Shown piece by piece: positions 37,748-46,229 of a stretch of 51,087 bases of DNA. Each line of letters begins with the position of its first letter. Position 1 is the stretch's first letter. The position numbers were made by a program, and so were the translations under genes. Source of the stretch: Muriicola sp. (GTDB lineage Bacteria; Bacteroidota; Bacteroidia; Flavobacteriales; Flavobacteriaceae); contig NZ_JBFGBM010000001.1 of NCBI RefSeq assembly GCF_041567615.1, positions 1 to 51,087 on the forward strand, in the 5' to 3' direction. Below the pieces are notes generated by a model, which ran no database searches, had not been told where the DNA came from, and saw nothing but the letters and a program-made list of their open reading frames with translations.

Positions 37748-40009
37748 TTAGAAATAAACAATATTTTGACCGAAAATCCTGTCTAATTTAAAAACCAGCT
37801 CGTCAGAATTCTTTTGATTGAAAGAGAGAGGAGGTTTGATCTTCAGAACATTGTCAAAAGGTCCGTCCGTGCTAACCAGGACAAATTGATTCCGCAATTC
37901 GTTTTTTAGGACAGAAGCGAGTGTAGTCAGTGGCTGTCCTTCAGGGGATACCAGTTCGACCCCAAGAAACAGGCCATAACCCCGCACATCTCCGATTACA
38001 GGGTATTTTATCTTTAAGTTGTTCAAAGCAGACTGGAGGTATTCTCCGGTATTCCTCGCGTGTTCCTGCCGGTTTTCTTCAGCAACTACTTCCAGGACTG
38101 CTAGCCCGATCTGGCAGGAAACGGGATTCCCTCCAAAGGAACTGAAGAATTCCGGACCCTGCCCGAAGGATTCGGCTATTTCATCTGTGGTGACCACAGC
38201 GCCCATGGGGTGACCGTTGCCCATGGGTTTTCCAAGGATGACAATATCAGGGACAACATCATAGAGCTCATAACCCCAGAAAACCTCACCGAGCCTGCCG
38301 AAGCCTACCTGCACCTCATCGCTGATGACCACACCTCCCTGTGCCCTGATCTCCGGATATACAGCATTCAAATATCCTTTGGCCAGCGGTACCTGCCCAC
38401 CACATCCCACAATGGGCTCGGCGATGAATGCCGCCAGTTCTCCATCGGTCTCATGGATCCTCTCGATGGCTTCCCTTGAATAATTCTGGCCGGCCGTTCC
38501 GTCATCTTTCCAGGGGCTTCCGAATACCTTGGGCAAGGACAACTCAACAGTATCCCAGGGCTTGCCGTCCGGTCCTAGTTTCTGATACTTGTAGGCGCTG
38601 ATCTGCATCCCCGCCTGAGTATGCCCGTGGTATCCACTGTCCAGTACCGCCACTTTTTTCTTGCGCGTATGGTATTTGGCCATCCGGATGGCGAGGTCAC
38701 TGGCCTCACTGCCAGAATTCAAGAAATAAATCTTATTGAGTTTCGGGGGGAATTTGGCTAGAAGGGCGGTGCTGTATTCCTCCAACGCCTGGTACAGGTA
38801 GCGGGTGTTGGTGTTGAGTTTTGCCATGGCCTTGCGGCCTGCCTCTACCACACGGGGATGGCAGTGCCCCACAAGCATGATGTTGTTATAGGCATCCAGG
38901 AAAGTGTTACCCTGTGTATCATACATATATTGAAAGGCAGCACGTTCCATAGGAATGGGATCCGCATAGCTGAGGGAAAGGTTCTTTCCAAAGTGCTCCT
39001 TCCTGTTCTTGAGGAGTTCGGCGGTAGATGCCGTGTGCAGCCTGCTAAAACCACAAGCCTTCCTGAAAGTATTGGCCGCTTCCATGGGATTGATCCTCAG
39101 CAGTTGGTGCAACAAAGCCCAGGCTCCTTCTTCACTTATAGTGATATAGGAAGATCCCTCTTTCCCGCCGGAGGCTGCAGCAGAATTGCATACGCTGATA
39201 CAAAGCCGGGCCGCGATGAGCCAGTACAGGCTGTCACATTCGAGTTCCGTTAGTGGCATTTCCCTGTGGTAGGCCTCGAGAACGTATTGCCCGTATTCCA
39301 AAGGACGATCCTTGTGCATCATGGCGTAGGTCATCCCAATGGCCACCTCATTGACCGTCCAGGTATGGCACATATCACCAAAATCGATGATCCCGCTTAC
39401 CAGTTTGCCATCTGTCAGGACATTCCAATCGTTGGCATCACCGTAGATCAGAGATCTTTTAAAGCGATGGGATATAGGCGATATCTGGTCGTCGAATTGG
39501 AGCAGGAAATAGGCCACCAGATTCCTGTCTGGGGCATTTGGTATCTGACGGAGCAGGGGAAGGCAACGTTTGGTATGCCTGAGATCCCAGTCAATTTCTT
39601 TGGCTTCCAGGACAACTTCAGAAACAGAACACAAGAGGGTATCCATCCTGCCCAGGGTTCTTCCCAGGTCGCTTAGTAACTCGGGACTATGAGGGACGGA
39701 TGCCAGGAATTGCCCTTCCAGGAAGGTCAGCAACCTGTAGAGCGTGCCTTCATCCTCTGTAAAGGGAGCTCCTGTTTTGGTACAGATCCGGCGTGAAAAG
39801 GCACAGGTATCCATATTTCCTAGTAGTTCTAACACCCTGTCCTCGGCCCGGAGCTCATCCCTTGTCCGCTGGGTGTCCTGGTACTTTTTACAAACATAGA
39901 TACCATCTTCTGTTTCCACCTTAATGTTGGTGCTTACATAGCCCTCCATGGGAATCAGTTGAAGGACCTTCAGGCCGTACTCTTGTTCCAGGATCCTCTT
40001 TACCGACAT
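37748..40009 (-). CDS. Fusion of an APH/hydroxylysine-kinase-like phosphotransferase and a class III PLP enzyme (PHYKPL/ETNPPL phospho-lyase-like)
   Basis: N-half: YGDANDWNVL and IIDFGD. C-half: LDAYNN..VGHCHP, NTNTRYL, NSGSEA, DEVQVGFGR, GKPMGNG and KIKPPL. Confidence 0.82.
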   Translation of the reverse strand: MSVKRILEQEYGLKVLQLIPMEGYVSTNIKVETEDGIYVCKKYQDTQRTRDELRAEDRVLELLGNMDTCAFSRRICTKTGAPFTEDEGTLYRLLTFLEGQFLASVPHSPELLSDLGRTLGRMDTLLCSVSEVVLEAKEIDWDLRHTKRCLPLLRQIPNAPDRNLVAYFLLQFDDQISPISHRFKRSLIYGDANDWNVLTDGKLVSGIIDFGDMCHTWTVNEVAIGMTYAMMHKDRPLEYGQYVLEAYHREMPLTELECDSLYWLIAARLCISVCNSAAASGGKEGSSYITISEEGAWALLHQLLRINPMEAANTFRKACGFSRLHTASTAELLKNRKEHFGKNLSLSYADPIPMERAAFQYMYDTQGNTFLDAYNNIMLVGHCHPRVVEAGRKAMAKLNTNTRYLYQALEEYSTALLAKFPPKLNKIYFLNSGSEASDLAIRMAKYHTRKKKVAVLDSGYHGHTQAGMQISAYKYQKLGPDGKPWDTVELSLPKVFGSPWKDDGTAGQNYSREAIERIHETDGELAAFIAEPIVGCGGQVPLAKGYLNAVYPEIRAQGGVVISDEVQVGFGRLGEVFWGYELYDVVPDIVILGKPMGNGHPMGAVVTTDEIAESFGQGPEFFSSFGGNPVSCQIGLAVLEVVAEENRQEHARNTGEYLQSALNNLKIKYPVIGDVRGYGLFLGVELVSPEGQPLTTLASVLKNELRNQFVLVSTDGPFDNVLKIKPPLSFNQKNSDELVFKLDRIFGQNIVYF

Positions 40010-40073
40010 AGGTTCACAGGGTTAGTATCCCTAAACATAGGACAATTCTAAGAGAACGAAAAAGAATTTTTGT

Positions 40074-42485
40074 CTAACGAAGTTCCGGAAAATCCGAAGG
40101 GTTGGCCTCGTGCATGATCTGGTAGATCTTTTCGAAGATATCTTCCGCATTGGGCTTGGAGAAGTAATCTCCGTCTGAGGCATAGGCAGGCCGGTGGGAC
40201 CTGGCGCTCAGGGTATGCGGAGCACTGTCGAGATATCTGTAGGCTCCCTGTTTTTCGATGATCTCCTGCATGAGATAAGCAGAACAGCCGCCCGGCACAT
40301 CTTCGTCCACGATGAGCAATCGGTTGGTCTTCTTTACACTTTTCAGGACATCACTTCGGAGGTCGAAGGGTAGCAGGGACTGTGCATCGATCACTTCTGC
40401 ATCTATCCCCACCTCTTTCAATTCCTCGGCCACATCCATGACGATCCTCAACGTGGAACCGTAAGATACGACGGTAATATCCGTACCTTTTTTTACTACT
40501 TCCACGAGTCCGATGGGTGTACAAAGTTCTCCCAGATTGGAGGGCCTTGGCTCTTTGAGGCGATAACCGTTGAGGCTTTCAACGATTAGAGCGGGCTCAT
40601 CACTTTTCAGCAGGGTGTTGTAAAAACCGGCGGCTTTGGTCATGTTCCTGGGTACAAGCACATACATTCCCCTCAGCAAATGTATGATCCCACCCATTTG
40701 GGATCCCGAATGCCAGATCCCTTCCAGCCGATGCCCCCTGGTCCTGACAATGAGGGGTGCTTTTTGTTTCCCTACGGTGCGATAGAGCAGGGTTGCGAGG
40801 TCGTCGCTCAGTGTTTGCAGGCCGTACATGAGGTAATCGAGATACTGAATCTCGGCGATGGGCCGGAGTCCCCTCAGTGCCAGGCCTATTCCTTGTCCCA
40901 CGATAGTGGCTTCTCTGATACCGGTATCTGAAATGCGGATTTCACCGTATTTTTTCTGGAGTCCCTCCAGTCCCTGATTGACATCCCCTATGGCACCGCT
41001 GTCTTCCCCGAAAATCATCAACTCAGGGTACTTCGAAAAAAGAGCATCAAAATTATCCCGCAAGATGATCCTGCCATCCACAGGTTCTGGATTGTCGTCG
41101 TATGTCGGTAAGATCTCCTCTATATTAGTCGCCTTGTTAGGCAACTCGCTGTACAGGTGGGAACTGAAATGTGGCTGGTTCTTCTTCATGAAGCCGGAGA
41201 TCCATTCCTCCAGGGCTTTCTTCTGTGGAGTGTGTTCCCCCAGGACATAGCGCAGTGCCTTCCTTGGTAGGGATGCGAGGTCTTTCTTTAAGGGTTCTTC
41301 CACCGCGATGAGATCGTTCTTGATCTTGGAGATAAAAGCCTTGTTCGGGCTGCTTTGGGCCAGTCCTTCCAGTAGGTGAACCAGTGCTTTCTTATCCTCT
41401 TTGTGAGGGTTGAGGAATTCATTCCAGGCGTCTTTCCTGGCCATCCGAACCTCTGTCTTGATCTTTTTTTCCAGCGATTTCAGATCCTCCTCTGAGGCGA
41501 TGCGGTTGGAAAGAATCCATTCCCTGAAACGCTTATTGCAGTCATTCTCTTTTTCCCATGCCAGGCGCGCCTCACTTTTGTAACGCTCATGAGACCCTGA
41601 GGTGCTGTGCCCTTGCGGCTGGGTGAGTTCCGTTACGTGAATGATGACAGGGACGTGTTCCTCCCGGGCGATATCGGAGGCATTTTCATACGTGTGGATC
41701 AGGGCGGTGTAATCCCATCCTTTCACCTTCAGGATCTCATATCCGGGTTCGTCTTCCGTTCGCTGGAAACCCGATAGGATAGCCGAAATGTCTTCCTTCG
41801 TGGTCTGGTATTTCGCTGGTACGGAGATCCCGTACTCATCATCCCATATGCTTACAATCATGGGAACCTGCAGGACCCCGGCGGCATTGATGGTCTCGAA
41901 AAAGTGTCCTTCACTGGTACTCGCATTGCCTATAGTACCCCATGCTACCTCATTACCATTATCTGTGAATTTTTCTGCCTGAAGGCCTTTTTCATTTCGG
42001 TATACCTTGGAGGCCAGAGCAAGACCGAGAAGTCGGGGCATTTGTCCGGCAGTGGGGGAGATGTCCGGACTGCTGTTTTTTTGCTGGGTGAGGTCTTTCC
42101 AGGTGCCGTCTTCACTTAGACTATACGTACCAAAATGCCCTCCCATCTGTCGACCGGCACTCATGGGCTCTTTTTCGAGATCAGTGGTCGCATACAGGCC
42201 GTGGAAGAATTCTTTGGGAGTCAACAGCCCCAGGGCCATCATAAAGGTCTGATCTCTGTAATACCCGCTGCGAAAATCGCCATTATTAAAAGCCCGTGCC
42301 ATTGCGAGTTGAGGCAATTCCTTCCCATCCCCGAAGATGCCGAATTTAGCTTTTCCCGTGAGAACCTCCCGCCTTCCGAGGAGGCTGCATTCCCGACTCA
42401 TAACGGCGACCTGGTAATCGTTCAGTATCTGCTTCCGAAATTCGTCAAAGGAAATATCCTCACTGGTTTGAAGCTTCGGGTCCAT
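40074..42485 (-). CDS. 2-oxoacid (probably branched-chain) dehydrogenase E1, fused alpha/beta subunits
   Basis: GKAKFGIFGDGKE, SGYYRDQT, GHSTSG, FGED, DTGIRE and PIAEIQY motifs; transketolase-type C-terminal domain; 803 aa. Confidence 0.88.
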   Translation of the reverse strand: MDPKLQTSEDISFDEFRKQILNDYQVAVMSRECSLLGRREVLTGKAKFGIFGDGKELPQLAMARAFNNGDFRSGYYRDQTFMMALGLLTPKEFFHGLYATTDLEKEPMSAGRQMGGHFGTYSLSEDGTWKDLTQQKNSSPDISPTAGQMPRLLGLALASKVYRNEKGLQAEKFTDNGNEVAWGTIGNASTSEGHFFETINAAGVLQVPMIVSIWDDEYGISVPAKYQTTKEDISAILSGFQRTEDEPGYEILKVKGWDYTALIHTYENASDIAREEHVPVIIHVTELTQPQGHSTSGSHERYKSEARLAWEKENDCNKRFREWILSNRIASEEDLKSLEKKIKTEVRMARKDAWNEFLNPHKEDKKALVHLLEGLAQSSPNKAFISKIKNDLIAVEEPLKKDLASLPRKALRYVLGEHTPQKKALEEWISGFMKKNQPHFSSHLYSELPNKATNIEEILPTYDDNPEPVDGRIILRDNFDALFSKYPELMIFGEDSGAIGDVNQGLEGLQKKYGEIRISDTGIREATIVGQGIGLALRGLRPIAEIQYLDYLMYGLQTLSDDLATLLYRTVGKQKAPLIVRTRGHRLEGIWHSGSQMGGIIHLLRGMYVLVPRNMTKAAGFYNTLLKSDEPALIVESLNGYRLKEPRPSNLGELCTPIGLVEVVKKGTDITVVSYGSTLRIVMDVAEELKEVGIDAEVIDAQSLLPFDLRSDVLKSVKKTNRLLIVDEDVPGGCSAYLMQEIIEKQGAYRYLDSAPHTLSARSHRPAYASDGDYFSKPNAEDIFEKIYQIMHEANPSDFPELR

Positions 42486-42641
42486 GGAACAGAAATTTTG
42501 ACGAAAATATCAAAAAGAAGGGGTTTTTGCAAGGGGAAAATAGGGAATAGCATTAACAATTTGTCAATAAAATTCGCAGATATGCTTAAATATTGTAAAC
42601 TAAATAATACAAGACCTCAATAATTAAGAATATGTTAATTT

Positions 42642-45476
42642 TTAAAACCACTTTCGGGTAAACAGCCCTATCAGGGTTTTTGGGCTTAAGGTCACGAGAA
42701 ATCGAATCTTCTCATCATAGGCCGGTTGGGCGATCTCCCATCCGTTGTTGGAGTAAATAGGGAAATACAATTCGAAATAATCTGTCACCAGGTTCAGGCG
42801 TATCCCCGAATCATAGACAAACCTCGGATCGATACCCCTGTTCTTTACAAAGCCTATGTCACCGTAGAATTCTATCCATCGCCACAAATTCACACTGGCA
42901 TTCGTAGTAACCAGCCAGTCATTGGCAAAGGGATTCTCTAACTGCGATTTGAAACCACCCTCCGCAATGATGATCTGCTGACTGGTAATACCTGTTTCTT
43001 CAGATCGACCCAAATAATCGTAATCAAAGAGATAATCGGTTGGCCGGTCGAGGGCAAAACTGAAAAAATCCGAATTGGTCTCGTTTCGCAGAAATTTACC
43101 GGCGAAAAACCTGAGATTGAGTTGGGTATTATTGTCAAAAAGCTTCCGATATTCAAAATTGAAAGACAGTTTGGAGAAGTCGGCCGAATGCTGTCCGTCA
43201 ACGAACCATGAGAAAAAATCTATAATACCATTGTTATAGTGATTGTAACGAACATTAAATACACTGTAATCAGGGTCGGTCTCAATAGAGAGGGAAGGAT
43301 CGATATCCCTGAATACGTTCACATACCTAAAGACCAGGGAACGCCGTTCGTTCGAAATGAGATCGTCCGGTCTCCAGCCGAGGCCAAAGGCGGGGGTCAC
43401 GGTGCTGTATCTCGAATTGGTCTGAAAATGAAAACTCGACATGTTGAGACTGTAATTCGCGACGTATAGTCCACTTTTTCTTAGGTATTTACGGTAGTTG
43501 AACCCGGCTACCCCGACAAGGGACCGTTCTTTGAGTGCGAATGAAGGTGCCAAGCTGAAAATAAAGGGCCTTTCCAGCAAGGTTTTATTGGAGAACCTGA
43601 TCCCCGGAGAGATACCGTCATACACGTTGAAACCTGCCACAGGCATGTAGAACAACTGGTTGTAATAAGGATTTTCGGCGTCCTTTAGGAATTGAAGTTT
43701 TAGTTTTTTATTGCTGGAGAAAAAACCGCTCAGGGATTTCCAGTTGTCCCTTTGGTTGAACTCCGGGATGTTTTGATCGTAATTCAGAACGAGGCGGTCT
43801 TCTTCGCGGTTAGGTATAAGGACGGTGTCAATCCCGATGATATTCGAGAACCAGTAATTAGAGATCACACTGTCATTTTTCAGGCCGAAGAGGGAAATAG
43901 GCACATTGGTCCCGCTCTTATTCTTAAGGACCACTGCGAGGGTATCTTCCAGATTGTCCACCCTCTTGATCTTAAAATCGATCCTTTTATCCGTTTCTAC
44001 ATAGGTATCGAAAAACCAGGCCACGTCCCTGGATACGTTAGATTCCACGGCTCTCCTGAAATCCAAAGAGGTTACCCGTTGAAGCTTGTAGGTGTTGTAG
44101 AATTCCTTAATGCTATTATCTACCTCCTCCCTTTCCGTATAGGCAGCGAGATAGGCCAGGCCCAGCCCCGCCTTGTAAGTGTTGGCGATTTTCTGGTTGA
44201 ACTTAATGAGGGAATCGTTGGAGGTGGTCAGCCGTTGGTCCAGGTTCTTCCTCGCCGTAAGCATATATAAAAACGGATACTGATCATTGAAGGACATCTG
44301 TGCCAGGGTAAAGGTACTTATAGGCCAGATGGAAGAGAGTTTTCCCAAAAGTTTTTGGTCCGGGTAATACGTTTCCACAAAACGGATCATGAGGTAGTTG
44401 ACAATAGCGTCCGTGACCCATTGCTCTTTTCTGGGGTTGAGAAACAGGGTTTCGCGAAGCTGACTCAAAAGGGCCGTTTTCAGGAATTTCATCTCAAACT
44501 GGAACTGCTCTTCATAGGGCCTGATGAATGAAGGCAGCTGATTGAGCCCGTACAGAGGGTTCTTGTTAAAGTCGGTTTCGCTCACCAGCAGTTGTTCATA
44601 GGGGTACTCTCCCAGGTTCTCGTGTATGAACTGGGTGATACGGTTTATAGAGATCCCCTGGGAAATTTCGTCATATTTGGGAGATCGGATATCGGTGACA
44701 ACGATGAGATAAGGCGTAACGTGCTTGATGAACTTACGGGAAGAATTCAGGATCACGTCCCCGCTTTTCCGGCCTACCCCTTTAAGAGTTGCTATCTGTT
44801 TGGAAGGATAGGACGTGATATTGACCTCGTTGTAATTGGTACCCAGGAACAGGTTTTCTGGGTAGGTAAGGGTGATGGTGGTGTTCGTGATACCGGTGTA
44901 CAGGTCTTCCAGGTTCTTATTGGTATACAATTGCCAGTCATCCGTGTATACTGCAGGCGTCAGGTACCAGTCCTTTAAATAATATCCGCCTCTGGAATCA
45001 TAACCATAGGGGGTATACCTGTTCGGAGGGAGTGTGACCGCGTAGGTGAGGTACATTTTTACCGAGGCTCCGGGAGGCAGTGGCCGGTTGAGCTGTATTT
45101 CTATCAAATCCCTTTTCCTGGTTCGTTTCCAATTCAGGTTGCGGAATTCAAAATCCGACATGCCGAAGATGCGCGTCGAGCCCCTTTCGTCGTCTTTGGC
45201 CAGGTGCAGGGTTTTCCTGAAGTCCTCTGCAAATCGCTTCGCCAGGTCTGTCTTCTTACTGGAATACGAATGGGCCCAGTCATTGAAATAGAGTACGGCA
45301 AGGGTGTCCTTAGAATCGTTCTGGTAGGTGAATTCTTGCTGTATCTCGATCTCCCTGGTCTCGGGATACAGTTCGGCTTTCAGAATATTGATGTGCTGGG
45401 CGAAGACACAGCCTGGCCCCAATAAAGAGATCAGACAAAGACAAACAAGGAATACAGTTCTGTCTTTTAGCCTCAT
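42642..45476 (-). CDS. Large exported M1-peptidase-like protein lacking HExxH, with probable C-terminal beta-barrel
   Basis: Signal peptide; M1-like N-domain (YQNDS.DTL..LYF, WYLTPAVY, LGEYPY); aromatic alternating strands in the C-terminal third; terminal Phe. Confidence 0.65.
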   Translation of the reverse strand: MRLKDRTVFLVCLCLISLLGPGCVFAQHINILKAELYPETREIEIQQEFTYQNDSKDTLAVLYFNDWAHSYSSKKTDLAKRFAEDFRKTLHLAKDDERGSTRIFGMSDFEFRNLNWKRTRKRDLIEIQLNRPLPPGASVKMYLTYAVTLPPNRYTPYGYDSRGGYYLKDWYLTPAVYTDDWQLYTNKNLEDLYTGITNTTITLTYPENLFLGTNYNEVNITSYPSKQIATLKGVGRKSGDVILNSSRKFIKHVTPYLIVVTDIRSPKYDEISQGISINRITQFIHENLGEYPYEQLLVSETDFNKNPLYGLNQLPSFIRPYEEQFQFEMKFLKTALLSQLRETLFLNPRKEQWVTDAIVNYLMIRFVETYYPDQKLLGKLSSIWPISTFTLAQMSFNDQYPFLYMLTARKNLDQRLTTSNDSLIKFNQKIANTYKAGLGLAYLAAYTEREEVDNSIKEFYNTYKLQRVTSLDFRRAVESNVSRDVAWFFDTYVETDKRIDFKIKRVDNLEDTLAVVLKNKSGTNVPISLFGLKNDSVISNYWFSNIIGIDTVLIPNREEDRLVLNYDQNIPEFNQRDNWKSLSGFFSSNKKLKLQFLKDAENPYYNQLFYMPVAGFNVYDGISPGIRFSNKTLLERPFIFSLAPSFALKERSLVGVAGFNYRKYLRKSGLYVANYSLNMSSFHFQTNSRYSTVTPAFGLGWRPDDLISNERRSLVFRYVNVFRDIDPSLSIETDPDYSVFNVRYNHYNNGIIDFFSWFVDGQHSADFSKLSFNFEYRKLFDNNTQLNLRFFAGKFLRNETNSDFFSFALDRPTDYLFDYDYLGRSEETGITSQQIIIAEGGFKSQLENPFANDWLVTTNASVNLWRWIEFYGDIGFVKNRGIDPRFVYDSGIRLNLVTDYFELYFPIYSNNGWEIAQPAYDEKIRFLVTLSPKTLIGLFTRKWF

Positions 45477-45482
45477 AAGGGA

Positions 45483-46169
45483 TTAGAAATTTGGACTGAG
45501 GGTATGTCCCTTATAGAATGCATCGATGATATCCACAACTTCTTCTGCTGAATCGGCCATCTTTACCAGGTCGAGATCTTCCGGACTGATGTTTTTTGCT
45601 TCCAGCATGGTGTTTCTGATCCATTCCATGAGACCTGACCAGAATTCAGAACCGACCAGGATGATGGGGAATCGACCGATCTTATGGGTCTGTATCAGGG
45701 TAATCGCTTCGAAGAGCTCATCGAGGGTGCCAAATCCACCGGGCATGACCACGAATCCCTGGGAATACTTTACAAACATCACCTTCCGAACGAAGAAATA
45801 GTCAAAATCCAGACTTTTATCGTTGTCGATATAGGGATTGTCATGCTGTTCAAAAGGGAGTTCGATATTCAGGCCCACAGACGTGCCCCCAGCCAGGTGC
45901 GCACCTTTATTCCCAGCTTCCATGATCCCGGGTCCGCCGCCCGTGATGATCCCATAACCCGCTTCAGCTACTTTTTTGGCGATCTGTACAGCCATTTCAT
46001 AATACACATCCCCGGATTTGGTTCGGGCAGACCCAAATATGGTCACACAAGGCCCAATGGCGCTCATTTTCTCAAATCCATTGACAAATTCTCCCATGAT
46101 CTTAAAGATCGCCCAGGAGTCGTTCGTCTTGATCTCATTCCAGCCCTTGTGATGTTTCTCCTTTCTCAT
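45483..46169 (-). CDS. LOG family nucleotide phosphoribohydrolase (TIGR00730-type)
   Basis: VTIFGSAR, TGGGPGIMEA, YFFVRKVMF and PGGFGTLDE motifs. Confidence 0.92.
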   Translation of the reverse strand: MRKEKHHKGWNEIKTNDSWAIFKIMGEFVNGFEKMSAIGPCVTIFGSARTKSGDVYYEMAVQIAKKVAEAGYGIITGGGPGIMEAGNKGAHLAGGTSVGLNIELPFEQHDNPYIDNDKSLDFDYFFVRKVMFVKYSQGFVVMPGGFGTLDELFEAITLIQTHKIGRFPIILVGSEFWSGLMEWIRNTMLEAKNISPEDLDLVKMADSAEEVVDIIDAFYKGHTLSPNF

Positions 46170-46229
46170 ACCTCTATGCCTTAAAACGCGGATTCCGGCT
46201 ATACATTATAAATGTCGTAAAACTATTTT

